Assembly: GCA_964016885.1 (NCBI GenBank)
Contig: OZ024742.1
Span: 262,694,001-262,758,000 of the forward strand
Reading direction: 5' to 3'
DNA: 64,000 nucleotides
From: Eledone cirrhosa
Taxonomy: Eukaryota
Part shown: piece after piece, positions 36,063 to 50,643 of the stretch
Position numbering within the stretch: position 1 is the stretch's first letter
How the letters are laid out: every line of letters begins with the position of its first letter
The notes under the pieces: generated by a model
Seen by the model: the letters and a program-made list of their open reading frames with translations, nothing else
What the model was told of the DNA's origin: nothing
Database searches by the model: none
Program-made: the position numbers and the translations under genes

Positions 36063-36123
<61 letters not shown>

Positions 36124-36309
36124 TAGTGTCCCAATGTGCACTGGAATGAACGGTATCAACCTTAATGAACCTAAACCGGAGTGATGTCCAGAGGTTGACT
36201 GAGGAGATGGGACTGCCCGTTCTTCTGTTAGTTTTTCCATTGTCAATTTCCATTTTCCAATACATATATACGCATATATTATATACATATGTATATATAT
36301 ATATATATA

Positions 36310-36749
36310 TGGAAAGTTATATTTAAATTGTTGGGTTACAACTAGTAAATATTTATAACTGATATAAAAGCACTCGACAAGTATTTGGAGTATATTTACG
36401 ATATTAAATAAATGGAAACTATATTTATAAAACCATATCTATTTCATTATATATATTTCAGGGATATCATATTAACAATATGCTATGCCTTCCTCAGACA
36501 AAATACAATATAGACAGTTTTATAGATAAATAGATTTGACATACCGTTCAACATCGACTTGTATTTGAAAAGTTGATTTTCAAATACAAGTCGATGTTGA
36601 ACGGTATGTCAAATCTATTTATCTATAAAACTGTCTATATTGTATTTTGTCTGAGGAAGGCATAGCATATTGTTAATATGATATCCCTGAAATATATATA
36701 ATGAAATAGATATGGTTTTATAAATATAGTTTCCATTTATTTAATATCG

Positions 36750-36751
<2 letters not shown>
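36310..36751. repeat. Essentially perfect hairpin (36397-36751, loop near 36574) with left extension; Penelope pLTR-like
   Basis: About 175-bp arms meet at TTGAAAA-GTTGA-TTTTCAA. Confidence 0.9.
36643..36708 (+). ncRNA. Hammerhead ribozyme (inverted copy 36440-36505)
   Basis: TATTTTGT-CTGAGGA-AGG..CATATT-GTT-AATATG..CCT-GAAA-TATATA-TA^ATGAAATA. Confidence 0.8.
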
Positions 36752-36780
<29 letters not shown>

Positions 36781-37112
36781 GTATATATATATACGTATAT
36801 ATATAAATGTGAGTGTGAGTGTGAGTGTGAGAGTGTGTGTGTGTGTGTGTGTGTGTTTCTGTGTGTGTGAGTGTACAGACACGTGCAGTGAACTACTACA
36901 TTCTCCTCCCGCCCCCCTCATACATTACATCATATCAAGAGACAATTTTGTTTTTCTGTAAAATTAACAACAGGAAAGTAAGGTGAGGTCAAAGCAGGAT
37001 CAAGTAGATCAAGTCAAATTTGTCATAGAATTAGCTTCCCCTCTCTTCATCATCTTACATTACATACTCTACTAATAGACAGATAGATAATTAGATAGAT
37101 AGATAGATAGAT

Positions 37113-40100
37113 ATGTTTCTTTTATTTGCCACCAGGGCATCAAAAGTGGGACAAGTACAATGGGGAGTTTACAAAACAAGGCGTCCTCAATAAGGAGGAG
37201 GCAATAACAAAATATAAAAATAAAATAAAATATAACAGAATAAAATTTATAACAAAATCCTCAATAGAGAGGAGGCGCCTTGGGGGGTCGCACACACCCC
37301 CGAAAAAAAGTGTGCAACCCTTTTCCTCAGGAGCACAGAGAAGGGGTGCTTCCTTGGTCTTTCATCTTCCTATAGTCTGATTTAGAGTGAAGGCCCATTC
37401 ACACGGGCCATTCTCGCCACTTTCACCCATCTTTCATAAAAACGGCTGGGGTGCAGCACCTCTCTCTCCATCCTGATCCTTCTTCTGAAATGATATCGGA
37501 AGAAACGGACCAGTTGTTGGCCAGAGAGAAAGGTGTCTGACCTCAGTCCTTTCAGACGCGTCCACCATACAACCTCTTTCGCCATGGCTATTACGCACAG
37601 AAACACCGCCTCTTCTTCGTTTTTGAAGAGGGGAGGCGGCTTGATCGTTACAATAGACTCGGTGGTCAACCGGATCGGTCCCACCCTTGACAGCAGTTGT
37701 TCGACATAGCCCCACAGATCGGCAATGCCCGAGCAGTGTACCAATGCGTGTGCAACGGTTTCCTCGTCGCACACGCATCTGGGACAGATCTTTTTCGAGG
37801 GGTCCCTACCCGGGCGCCCGTGTCTGTAGAGCCTTTCTCGAACGGGCAGAGCCCTTCTGTAGCATTGCCAGGCCAGGGACCTCTGGAAGTTATCCATGGG
37901 TCCCGGGCTGAATGTCCTACCGAACAGGTTGGCCAGTTCGTCTTCCTCCATGCCTAGGGCTTCTCCGAGGGTGTCGTCGCACCTGCTAACCACCAGCCCT
38001 CTATAGAATGACGAGGTGGATTCTCCCCTGACAGCCGGGTCCGCCTGCCAGAGAGCCGTGAGCGCCTGGGCACACTCGGTGTGCCAGGCAGCTAGTTTTC
38101 TCGGGCTTTGCTTGACCCAGGATTGCAGCTCGGTGAGTGAGACGAGTCTGGGAAAGGCTCGCCTCACAAACGGGGCCCACACCGGTTGACCGGAGAGGAA
38201 TACTTGAAGGTGCCGTAGCCTTAATGCGTGTTTACGTATCATTAGCCACGGCACCCCCAGCCCTCCTTTCGAAGGGTGTTGACAGCAAATGGATCTCCTC
38301 ACCATAGGAGCCCACTTCTTCCAAAGGAATTGGAAGAGTGCGCGCTCCATTTTGGCGAGCGTTTCCCTTGGGCAAGGCACAACGGTCAGGCGGTAGTAGA
38401 TGACGGACGCTATATAAGTGTTCGCCACCTCCGCCCGACCTTTCAGGGACAGTTTACACTCGGCCCACTTCTGGGTCAGTGCAAACACCCTGTTCGTTAC
38501 CTCACCCCAGTTCTTCTCCACCTGGAGGTCTGGTCCGAACCAGACCCCGAGCAACTTCACCGGGCCCTCCGTCCAGCGCCCGACGACGCCATCGGAGGGC
38601 ATCGATCTTCCCCTCCACGTGCCGAGTTGCAGACCGATCGACTTGTCGCGGTTCAGCTTAGCCCCTGTAAACCTTTCGTACTCCTCCAGTAAGGTGCCGA
38701 TCGCCCCGATTTCCGAGGCCGTCGACACCATTACTGTTACGTCATCGGCGTAGGCTGACACCGCTTTCCGCAATCCCGGTTCCAACGGGATGCCCTGCAA
38801 CAACTCCAACTTCCGCAGCAGTGGCTCTAGAGTCATTACATACAGAAGGGAGGAGAGAGGGCACCCCTGTCGGATGGACCGCGCGATTTCGAACGGCTCC
38901 GATAGGTAGCCGTTCACCTTGACCCTAGAGCAGATGCAGCTGCTGTGCATGGCAGAAATCCAGCCCCTGAAAACGGGTCCGAAGCCTGCCGCCGCTAGCA
39001 CCGCATCCAGGTAACCATGGTCGACCCTATCGAATGCCTTAGATTGATCCAAGTTGATCAGGGCCCCACCAAAGCCGGATTCGTTCCCAACCCTCTCTAT
39101 GATGTATCGCATGAGGTGGAGGTTGTCGTGGATGGACCTGGACGGGATAGCACATGTCTGCGCATCTCCCACCAGGTTGCCCACGACAAGCGCCAACCTC
39201 TTTGCTAGCACCTTGGCCAAAATCTGTAACTCTGTATTTAGCAGAGTTATGGGCCTGAAATTATTGATATCGTCCCCCTTGTTCTCGTCCTTCCTCACTA
39301 GCGTGACTACGCCCTTGGTCACAGCACAGGGAATTCTCCCGTTCTGTTGCCAGTTGCAGTAGACCGCCTCGAGGATATCGGGGAACAAGTCCGGCATAGT
39401 TAGATAGAGTTCGTATGGAAGACCATCGAGACCCGGGGATTTGCGTTTGCCGCATTGGCTCAGCACGTCCTCTATCTCAGCGGCTGAAATCGGCTCCTCG
39501 CAGGACTTCGCCTCCCTGTCCGAGAGACGCGTCAGGCCGTCGAGGTATGGACCGAAGTCCACATCCCCAACCGGCCCCCCGCCCCTTCCGAACAATCCGG
39601 CAAAGTGCTTTTGAAAAGCCTCGCACATCTGCTTAGGTTCAAGGATCACCCGTCCATCCTGGTCTCGCAAAGACCGGATAGTGGATCTGCTCCCTCTTTT
39701 GGCTTCTGTCACGCGGGCCCAGCTAACAGCTTTGGTCCCCTCGTTTCCCAGAGCACGTATTTTGCTTCGGACGATGCAGCCTTCGTGTTTCGCGTCGAAG
39801 AACTGGCCCAGGGCCGTTCTCGACGCTAGCACTCTGGCCACGTCGCCGCTTCTAATTGCCTCTTCTACACTATCTACCAACTCCCTTTCCATCCTATTTC
39901 TATTTGAGGCTAACTCCTTACTAAATTCTATAGAGACTACTCTAATCTCTCTTTTGAGAGATCCCCACCACCTGATGTCGACGATGGCGCCCGTCAACCG
40001 CTCCTTAACTAAAGTGCTAATCCGGTTCCTGTAAGCCTTACTTGCCGGTAAGGACAAGTTGAGCTTCCAGTAACCGGGTCCCTGTCTATGAGTTCTGTCA

Positions 40101-42122
40101 AGGTTGACCATGCAGGTCACTAACTTGTGGTCTGAATAGCCAACCATGCGCATTTTTGGACAACTTAAAATTCCTTATCCTTAATTGTAACTAAGAACCT
40201 ATCTAGGTACGACCTAGATAATCCGCTACGATTTGCCCAAGTCCAGGTTGGCGCAGTCGGAAAATCTAGTCGATATCTATCGGCCAGGTCAAATCGACCG
40301 ATTAACCCTTTGAGGCTATTACACCCCTCTCTGTCGGGACAGGCCCCTACGTAGTCCCAGCGTGCATCTAGAATACCATTCCAGTCCCCCACTAATAGCA
40401 AGGAGCGGGACGTCCCTAGAAAAGTCTCCAGACGATGGAAGAAGTCCGGCCGCATTGACCCGAAAGGGCCGTAGGCGGCTACCAACCTAAACGCTCCGCC
40501 TTTACCACTGCCAAGGTCCAGAACCACTAGTCGACTCTCCGGGTCCAAATGTACCATCTGTGTTGCGAGACCCAGATGTTTTTGCAGCAGAACGACAACC
40601 CCACCCCCACCTCCGGGCTGACAGAGAGATGCGTGCATCTCAAAGTCATCAAAGGTGGGGGCCAGCTGTCGCACGTTGCTGATCCGGGCCTCGCAAATAA
40701 GCATCACATCTATACGTTGTGACCTGAGGTCATTTAGAAGCATTGCTTGCTTCCAAGTTGAGCCCAGGCCACGCGCATTTAAACAGCCTACTCTTAGCAT
40801 AGCCATGTTGGTGGTGAAGAGAAAAGGCACTTACCTCTCTGCGTCCCGGGTATCGGGCTGCACAATTTCCATTAGGGTGGGGGATGGGTTGTTGGGTGGG
40901 GTGGTGGTTTGTGGAAGTGTAGGGGCATCAGTGTGTTGTGTGGTTGGGGAGTTTGGAGTTGTGTGGGTGTTTGGGGAGAGGGTGGGGTAGTTTTTTAGGA
41001 GGACGCGGTTAATGGGCCCGACGCAGGGGGACCCACGTCCTCTTTAAAGTTGTTTTTTAAAGTTTTATAGGTGTCCTGTGGGGCCTTAATCATTTTGAGG
41101 TGGGGGAAATCCCCTACCTGGGTGAAGTTAGGCCCTTGGGTTTTTATTAGATTGTTGTTGTACACAATGTTTAACAGTTTTTTGTTTCTTGTGTTTATGT
41201 ATGTGTATGCATGTTTTTGTTTTTGTGTGGTGTTTTTTGTTTGCTGTTGTTGTGAGCTCTTTTGTGTTGGTGTCAGTGTTATGTTTTGGGGAGGGGTTGT
41301 TTTCATTTGTGTGTCTGAGGTGTGTTTTCTTTTTTTTCTTCTGATTGTGTGGAAGTGCTCCTCCTCGTCTGACGACGAACTAGGGTCATCTTCCGTGTTG
41401 GAGGGGAGGGGTATATTTTTGGGTTGTGTTTGCGGTGCGGGTGTTTTGGAAATTGTTTGTGTTTTTTGAGTGGGGGGGATGGGTTGGACATTGTTTTGTT
41501 TTGGTTTGAGCTGTGGTTGTTGTTTTTGTAGTGGTAGTTGTGGTGATTGTGTTGGTTGTGCAGTTGTTGGTGGTATAGGCAGGATTGGGGTTTTCTTATT
41601 AAGTTGGGGACAGACAGCCCTCAGGTGACTTCTGGTTCCGCAGAGGTAACACGAGGGCCGCCTACCCTCAACGGTAATGTTGATGAAAGTTTGGTCATCC
41701 AGTATGACGCGTTCAGGGATCTGGGCGATCCTTTCGGGCCTCATTTGAACTACAAGTTCGAGGCTCGTTCCACTGAACGCGTCACCCGATGCCTTTCCCA
41801 TGGACACCAGCGTGTCATCATCCCGGTCCAGGAAACCTGTCAAAACCCACCATATGTCCATAATCGGCAGGATTGTGTGGATTTTTATTTTTTGTGTTCT
41901 TCTACCCAGGTACGTAGGGTAGAAGGTGTATGCGGTGGATGTGATTGGTTTGATGGACAGTTTCACTGCTGTGTCTCTGTCCTTCATGAGAATGGATAGA
42001 CTCCCGTAGAGTTTATCCTTCTGAATGAAGATGTCCTTCATGACGTCTTTTAAAACCAGCTCTATCTCGCTCTGTGATGGTTGAGCTGGTTTTTGCTTTT
42101 ATTTGAGATTGTCCTAAACATA
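37113..42122 (-). mobile_element. Tx1 array element E1; 5'-truncated within ORF1; ORF2 37382-40806 with one frameshift near 40168
   Basis: APE (CLNARGL, VGDWN, SYLD, SDHK), RT (AYADD), ORF1 CYLCGTRSHLRAVC; (GATA)n on both sides. Confidence 0.93.
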
Positions 42123-42149
42123 TAGATAGATAGATAGATAGATAGATAT

Positions 42150-43034
42150 ATTTCTTTATTAGCCACAGGGGCACAAAAGAAGGGGACAAATACAAAGGGG
42201 GAAGTTTACATACAATAAAAACGTGTAAAATGTTATCACAGATGGAATTTAAAAGTTAGTCGATTTTCCCCAATAGAGGGAGACAGTTTATATGGGTAAC
42301 ACATACCCCCGAAAAAAAATGTGCAACCCTCATCTCCAGGAGTACGAAGAGCTTGTACTCCTTTCCTCTCCTCCTCCTTTTCCTCAACCTACAGGCTGAT
42401 ATAGAGAGAAGGCCCATTCACTCGGGCCATTCTCGCCACTTTCACCCACCTTTCATAAAACTTGCTGGGGTACAGCACCTCTCTCTCCATCCTGATTCTT
42501 CTTCCAAAGTGGTATTTGAAAAAAAGAATCAGTTGTTGGCCGGAGAGAAAGGTGTCTGACCTCAGCCCTTTCAACCTTGTCCACCATACAACCTCTTTCG
42601 CCATAGCTATCACACAAAGGAAAACCGCCTCTCCTTCGTTTTTGAAGGAGGGTGGCGGTTTGATCATGACAATGGACTCGGTGGTCAACTGGATTGGTCC
42701 CACCCGCGACAATAGTCGTTCTACATAGCCCCACAGGTCAGTGACGCCCGGGCAGTGTATGAATGCGTGCGCGACGGTTTCTTCGTCTCGCACGCACCTC
42801 GGACAGATCTTTTTTGCAGGGTCCCTGCCCGGGCGCCAATGTCTGTAGAGCTTGTCTCGAACTGGTAGAGCTCCTCGGTAGCACTGCCAGGCCAGGGACT
42901 TTTGGAAGTTGTCCATCGGCCCCGGGCGGAAGGTCCTACCGAACAGACTGGCCAGTTCATCTTCCTCTACGCCTAGAGTTTCACCGAGCGCGTCGTCGCA
43001 CTTGCTGCGGACCAACCCTCTATAGAATGATGAA
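42150..43034 (-). mobile_element. Tx1 array element E2 (3' 0.9 kb)
   Basis: ORF2 C-terminus, 3' UTR and AATAAA. Confidence 0.9.
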
Positions 43035-43085
43035 GTTTTTGCTTTTATTTGAGATTGTCCTAAACATATAGATAGATAGATAGAT

Positions 43086-43586
43086 TTCTTTATTAGCCAC
43101 AAGGGCGCAACAAGAAAGGGGACAATACAAAGACATGCCGGGGATTTTACATACAGTCGTGTAAAAAATATAAAAACAAACAATTTCAACAATCGAAATC
43201 CCCAATAGGGGCGAGGCGCCACAAATGGGTTGTTTAATACCCCGTCGATAGAACAACCCTCAACTCAAGGAGCGTGTTGTGCAAGTGCTCCTTTCTTCCT
43301 TTTGCTCTCTTCCTCAACCTACAGGCTTATAAACAGAGAAGGCCCAATCACTCGGGCCATTTTCGCTTCATTCACCCACCTTTCAGTAAATTTACTGGGG
43401 TGCAGTGCCTCTCTCTCCACCCTGATTCTCCTTCTAAAGTGATACTTAAAGAATGGAATCAATTGTTGTCCGGAGAGAAAGGCATCTGTCCTCAGTCCTC
43501 TCAACCTCGTCCACCATATAACTTCTTTCACCATAGCCACCGTACAGAGGAAAACCGCCTCTCTTTCGTTTTTGAAAGAGTCTGGC

Positions 43587-43587
<1 letters not shown>
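43086..43587 (-). mobile_element. Tx1 array element E3 (3' 0.5 kb; same subfamily as E8)
   Basis: ORF2 C-terminus; 3' UTR matches 56322-56550. Confidence 0.9.
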
Positions 43588-43630
<43 letters not shown>

Positions 43631-43631
43631 T

Positions 43632-43868
43632 ATTTCTTTATTAGCCACAGGGGCACAAAAGAAGGGGACAAATACAAAGGGGGAAGTTTACATACAATAA
43701 AAACGTGTAAAATGTTATCACAGATGGAATTTAAAAGTTAGTCGATTTTCCCCAATAGAGGGAGACAGTTTATATGGGTAACACATACCCCCGAAAAAAA
43801 TGTGCAACCCTCATCTCCAGGAGTACGAAGAGCTTGTACTCCTTTCCTCTCCTCCTCCTTTTCCTCAA
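43632..43868 (-). mobile_element. Tx1 array element E4 (3' UTR only; apparently identical to the E2 UTR)
   Basis: Matches 42150-42387; (GATA)n on both sides. Confidence 0.88.
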
Positions 43869-43875
43869 TAGATAG

Positions 43876-43906
<31 letters not shown>

Positions 43907-43911
43907 GATAT

Positions 43912-46900
43912 ATTTCTTTATTTGCCACTAGGGCACAGGAGAAAGGGACAAATACACAGGGGGGAGTTTACATAAATGCGAGTAAAGAAAAAGGCTTCAC
44001 AATAAGAATAATATAATAATAAAAAGTCCTCAAAAGGGAGGGGGCGTGTTGGAGATTGCACATACCCCCGAAAAGTGTGCAACCCTTTTCGCGGGGGAAG
44101 CCCAGAGAGGAGGCGCTCCCCCTTTCCTCTTCACTTCTTCACCTACAGAACAATGTAGAGAGAAGGCCCATTTACACGAGCCATTCTCGCTTCTTTCACC
44201 CACCTTTCATAAAACTGTCTGGGGCCAAGCACTTCTCTCTCCATCCTGATCCTTCTTCCGAAGTGGTATCGGAAGAAGTAAACCAGGTGTTGGCCGGAGA
44301 GAAAGTCACCCGACCTCAGACCTTTCAGGTGCGTCCACCACACAACCTCTTTCATCATGGCTATTACGCACAGAAAGACCGCCTCTGCTTCATTTCTGAA
44401 GGGAGGAGGCGGCTTGATGTTCACTACAGACTCGGCGGTCAATCGAATCGGCGCTACACGCGACAGCAGTCGTTCGACGTAGCCCCACAGATCGGCAACG
44501 CCCGGGCAGTGTACCAGTGCGTGCGCAACGGTTTCCTCGTCGCGCACGCATCTGGGACAGATCTTTTTCGCGGGATCCCTTCCCGGGCGCCCGTGTCTGT
44601 AGAGCTTTTCTCGAACGGGCAGAGCCCCCCGGTAGCACTGCTAGGCTAGGGACCTCTGGAAGTTGTCCATGGGTCCCGGGCCGAAAGTTCTACCGAACAG
44701 GCTGGCCAGTTCGTCCTCCTCCATGCCTAGCGACTCTCCAAGGGTGTCGTCGCCCCTGCTAGCTACCAGCCCTCTATAGAATGTCGAGGTGGATTCTCCA
44801 CTGATAGTCGGGTCCGCTTGCCAGAGAGCCGTGAGCGCCTGGGCACACTCGGTGTGCCAGTTGCCCAGTTTTCTCGGTCTTTGCTTCACCCAGGATTGCA
44901 GCTCGGTGAGTGAGACGAGCTGTGGGAAGGCTCGCCTCACGGCTGACCGGTGAGGAATACCTGTAGATGCCGTAGCCTCAATTCGTGCCTACGCATCAAC
45001 AGCCACGGCATACCCAGCCCTCCTTTCGAAGGGTGCTGGCAGCAGATGGATCTCCTCACCATGGGAGGCCGCTTCTTCCAGAGGAACTGGAAGAGCATGC
45101 GCTCCATGATGGTGAGCGTTTCCTTGGGGCAAGGCACGACGGTCAGGCAGTAGTAGATGACGGACGCTATGTAAGCGTTCGTCACCTCCGCCCGACCTTT
45201 CAGTGATAGTTTGCACTTGGCCCACTTCTGGGTCAGCGCAAACACCCTGCTCGTCACCTCGCCCCAATTCTTCTCCACCTGGAGGTCCGGTCCGAACCAG
45301 ACCCCGAGCAGCTTCACCGGGCCCTCCGTCCACCGCCCGACGACACCGTCTAACAGCATCGGTTTGCCCCTCCACGTTCCGAGTTGCAAACCGACTGACT
45401 TGTCCCGGTTCAGCCTAGCCCCCGTCAGCCTTTCGTATTCCTCCAGTAGGGTGGCGATCGCCCCGATTTCCGAGGCGTCCGCCACCATTACTGTTACGTC
45501 GTCGGCATAGGCCGAGACCGCTTTGTGCAATCCCGGTTCCAGGGGTATGCCCCGCAGCAACTCCAACTTCCGCAGCAGTGGCTCGAGAGTCAATACGTAC
45601 AGAAGGGAGGAGAAGGGGCACCCCTGTCTGATGGACCGGGTGATTTGAAACGGCTCCGAGAGGTAGCCGTTTACTTTAATCCTAGAGCAGACGTTGCCAC
45701 TGTGCATGGCAGAAATCCAGCCCCTGAAAACGGGTCCGAAGCCCGCCGCCGCTAGCACCGCATCCAGGTAACCATGGTCGACCCTATCGAACGCCTTAGA
45801 TTGATCCAAGTTGATCAGGGCCCCACCAAAGCCGGGTTCGTTCCCAACCCTCTCTACGATGTATCGCATGAGGTGGAGGTTGTCGTGAATAGACCTGGAC
45901 GGGATAGCGCATGTCTGCGCGTCTCCCACCAAACCACCCACCACATGCGCCAACCTCTTCGCCAACACCTTGGCCAAAATCTGTAACTCTGCATTCAGCA
46001 GAGTTATGGGCCTAAAGTTACTTAAGTCGTCCCCCTTGCTCTCGTCCTTCCTCACTAGCGTGACTACGCCTTTGGTCACAGAACAGGGAATTCTCCCGTT
46101 CTGTTGCCAGTTGCAATAGACAGCCTCGAGGAGTTCGGAGAACAAGACCGGCATAACTAAATAAAGTTCGTATGGTAGACCATCGAGACCCGGAGATTTG
46201 CGTCTGCTGCATTGGCTGAGCGCTTCCCCGATTTCAGTGGCTGTGATTGGCCTTTCGCAGCACTCCGCTTCGCCGCTCGAAAGACGCGGTAGACCGTCGA
46301 GGTATGGACCGAAGTCCACATCCCTGTCCGGCCCCCCGCCCCCTCCGAACAGTCGAGCAAAGTGCCTTTGAAAGGTCTCGCACATCCGCTCAGGTTCAAG
46401 GATCACCCGTCCATCCTGGTCTCGCAAAGACCGAATGGTGGATTTAATCCCACTCTTGGCTTCTGTCACGCGGGCCCAGCTAACAGCTTTGGTCCCCTCG
46501 TTTCCTAAAGCACGTATTTTACTTCGGACAACGCAGCCTTCGTGCTTCGCGTCAAAGAACTGGCTCAACGCCGTTCTCGACGCTAACACTCTGGCCACGT
46601 CTCCGCTCCTAATCGCCTCTTCTAGTTTATCTGTTAACTCCCTTTCCCTCCTATTTCTATTCGCCGCTAGTTCCTTACTGTAACCTATCGAACTTACTCT
46701 AATCTCTCTTTAGAGATACCCACCACCTGCTGTTGACGATCGCTCCCGCCAACCGCATCTTAACTAAGCTACTAATCCGGTTCCTGTAAGCTTCCTTTGC
46801 CGGCAAGGACAAGTTCATCTTCCAGTAACCGGGACCCTGTCTATGCGTTCTATCAAGGTTGACCACGCAGGTCACTAATTTGTGATCTGAATAGCCAACC

Positions 46901-49598
46901 ATGAGCAATTCTGGACAACTAAATACGTCCCTATCCTTACTCCTAACCAAAAACCTATCTAGGTACGATCTAGATTGACCACTGCGGTTTGCCCAGGTCC
47001 AGGTTGGCACAGTTGGAAAATCTAGTCGAAATCTATCGACCAGGTCGAATCGATCGAGTAACCCCTTGAGGCTGCTACACCCCCCTCTATCGGGACATGC
47101 CCCTGCATAGTCCCAACGCGCATCTAGGATTCCATTCCAGTCCACCACTAAAAGCAGGGAACGCGACGTTCCTAGAAAAGTCTCCAGACGCTGGAAGAAG
47201 TCGGCTCTTTCAGCCCCGAAGGGGGCATAAAGACCGACCAGTCTGAAAGCCCCGCCTTCACCGCCTCCGACGTCCAGCACCAGTAATCGACCCCCCGGGT
47301 CCGAGTGAACAATCTGTACGTCGAGAGCCAGACGTTTATCCAGCAGTACGGCAATCCCACCCCCGCCTCCGGGTTGACAGAGAGATGCGTGCATCTCAAA
47401 GTCATCGAAGGCGGGAGCCAGCTGTCGCACGCTGCTGATCCGACTCTCGCAAACAACCATCACATCTATACTTCGTGACCTGAGGTCACTTAGAAGCTTT
47501 GCTTGCTTCCAAGCTCAGCCCAGGCCACGCGCATTCAAACAACCAACTCTCAATTGATCTATTTTGGTGTTGAAAGTGAAGAAAGAAAAGCACCTACCTC
47601 TCCGGGTTGTGTAATGTCCATGGCGTCGGGTGTGTTGGGTGGAGGGATGTTTTGTGGTGGTGTGGGGGTATCCGAGTGTGGTGGGTTGGGGTATTTGGAG
47701 TTGTGTCAGGGAGAGGGGAGGTTATGGGGAAATCTTTCAAGAGGACGCGATTTAACGGTTTTAAACAGGGGGGGGCTCACGTCCTGTTTAAATTGTTCTT
47801 TTAAGGAACGATAAAGGTCCAGAGGGACCTTTATCATTTTTAAATGGGTGAAGTTCTCTGTTGAGATAAAGTTTGGCCCTTCGGTCTGCACCAAAGGGCT
47901 ATTGTTTATTAATTTAAACAGTTTTTTGTTTTCTTTATTTATATATGTGTATTGTAAAGTCTTTTTTTGTGATGTTGTCAATGTTTCGAAGAGGGGAGGC
48001 GCAGATTTATTTTTGTTTGTCGAGGGTGGGGTGTTTTTGATTGGAGTTGGTGTTTGTGTGTGGGTTATTTGTTGTTGAGGTGTGCTGGGTGTGTGCTTTC
48101 GTTTTTTTCTTTTAACTTGTCTGAAGGCTTCTCCTCCTTCTTCTTCAGAAGTTGGGGGAAACTCTTCAGCGCTAGGTGGGAGGGACGTGTTGTCTGGTTG
48201 TTTTTTTTTGCGGGAGGGTAGATTTGTTGCTGTTTTTTTTATTATTTGTTTGGAATGCGTTTTGTGGTGGTGGTGGTGATGTTTGTGTCGTGCTTGTGGT
48301 TGGTGATGGCGGTGGTGATGTTTGTGTTGTGGTTGGTGATGGGGGTGGTGATTTTTGTGTCGTGCTTGTGTTTGGTGCTGGTGGTGGTGATGTTTGTGTT
48401 GTGCTTGTGGTTGGTTGTGTCTGTATTTTGTTTGCTGTGTGTGGTATTAGTGTATTTTTGGAGGTGGGTGGTGTTGGTGTACTGTTTGTGGTGGGTGTGG
48501 GCAATAGTCCTTTTTGGGGGATACGATTCGGGCAGTTAGCCTTAACGTGTCCCCTTTCCGTGCATGAATAGCATGCTGGTCTTCTCCCCTCTACAATTAT
48601 ATATATTGGGGTGAGGTCATCCAGCCAGATGCGATCCGGGATTTGCGCTATTCTTTCGGGCCTCATTTGGACTAGTAGGTCGAGGCCCATTCCCAGGAAC
48701 GCATCTCCAGATGCCTTCCCCGTTGACAGCACTGTGTCCTCGTCCATGTCTATGAAGCCAGCAATAGCCCACCAGAAGTCCATTGTGGGCAGCATTGTCT
48801 GTATTTTTGTGTTCTTCTACCCATGTAGGAGAGATAGAAGCTGTATGCTGTTGATGAGAGTGGGCTTAGGGAAAGCCTCTGCGCTGTTTCCCTGTCTTTT
48901 GTTAAGACCGAAATGCTGCCATAGAGTCGGTCCTTTCGTATGAAGAGAATATTCTTCATATAGTCTTTTAGGACCAACTCTATCTCCATTTGGCTGGGCT
49001 TTGCTGGCTTTCTCGTTTGGTTTAGGATTGTTCTAAACAGAGCAGTGCTTTCTATTCTCGTTTTCTTGAATTCTGGGGGGAATTAATGGAAAACATTCCG
49101 TTCTCCCCCAAGACTATGTGTTTTTTTGCTTCTGCCAGTTTCTCTCTGGCGGCAGTTAAGTCTATAGGTGTATATATTATTGATTTTTTTGTTGTCTGGG
49201 CGAAAGTTGCCTTGTTTTTTGTATTCTTATTTTCTATTTGTTTGTTTTCCGTTTGCTCATTTTCCGTAACATTTGTTTTTTTCATTTTCCTTGTTTGTTT
49301 CGTTGTCTAGTTTTGTTGCATCCATTTTTTGTTCTTCAGACTTGGGGGGCGTGGCAGAGCTAATGGCAGACATGTCTGCTATCTTTCCCGCCATGCTGCC
49401 AAGAAAGAAGTGTTACAGAAAAATAGTTATTTATTTTACCCCCTAAAAAGGGGGTAAATATAAAAATGTTTCCCTAAATAACAGGGGTAAGTGTTCCAAA
49501 TGTGTTGCACTGAAAAAATTCACTGGTACTTACTATAGTAAGGGTAAATTCCGATAGAATAGCGGAGCCGATGTGAAGCGTGTCTCACTCTATCAAGA
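43912..49598 (-). mobile_element. Tx1 array element E5, full-length with several disablements
   Basis: ORF1 from ATG 49394 (CYSCTERGHVKANC; TTQTSPPP repeats); ORF2 in pieces 46699-47463, 44937-46598, 44143-44940. Confidence 0.92.
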
Positions 49599-49607
49599 TA
49601 GATAGAC

Positions 49608-49656
<49 letters not shown>

Positions 49657-50613
49657 TGTTTCTTTATTAACCACAGGGGCACAAAAGAATGGGACAAATA
49701 CAAAGGGGGAAGTTTACATACAATAAAAACGTGTAAAATATTATCACAAATGCAATTTAAAAATTAGTCGATTTTCCCCAATAGGGGGAGACAGTTCATA
49801 TGGGTAACACTTACCACCGAAAAAATGTGCAACCCTCATCTCCAGGAGTACGAAGAGTTTGTACTCCTTTCCTCTCCTCCTCCTTTTCCTCAACCTACAG
49901 GCTGATATAGAGAGAAGGCCCATTCACTCGGGCCATTCTCGCCACTTTCACCCACCTTTCATAAAACTTGCTGGGGTACAGCACCTCTCTCTCCATCCTG
50001 ATTCTTCTTCCAAAGTGGTATTTGAAAAAAAGAATCAGTTGTTGACCGGAGAGAAAGGTGTCTGACCTCAGCCCTTTCAACCTTGTCCACCATACAACCT
50101 CTTTCTCCATAGCTATCACACAAAGGAAAACCGCCTCTCCTTCGTTTTTGAAGGAGGGTGGCGGTTTGATCATAACAATGGACTCGGTGGTCAACCGGAT
50201 TGGTCCCACCCGCGACAATAGTCGTTCTACATAGCCCCACAAGTCGGTGACGCCCGGGCAGTGTATGAATGCGTGCGCGACGGTTTCTTCGTCTCGCACG
50301 CACCTCGGACAGATCTTTTTTGCTGGGTCCCTTCCCGGGCGCCCATGTCGGTAGAGCTTGTCTCGAACTGGTAGAGCTCCTCGGTAGCACTGCCAGGCCA
50401 GGGACTCTTGGAAGTTGTCCATCGGTCCCAGGCGGAAGGCCCTACCGAACAGACTGGCCAGTTCATCTTCCTCTACGCCTAGAGTTTCACCGAGCGCGTC
50501 GTCGCACTTGCTGCGGATCAACCCTCTATAGAATGACGAAGTGGAGTCTCCACTGATCGCCGGGTCCGCCTGCCAGAGGGCTGTGAGCGCCTGAGCATAC
50601 AATCTCTTTCGCC
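49657..50613 (-). mobile_element. Tx1 array element E6 (3' 0.95 kb; same subfamily as E2/E4)
   Basis: ORF 49895..50602 is nearly identical to E2; shared UTR. Confidence 0.9.
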
Positions 50614-50643
50614 AGATAGATAGATAGTTATATAGATAGATAA

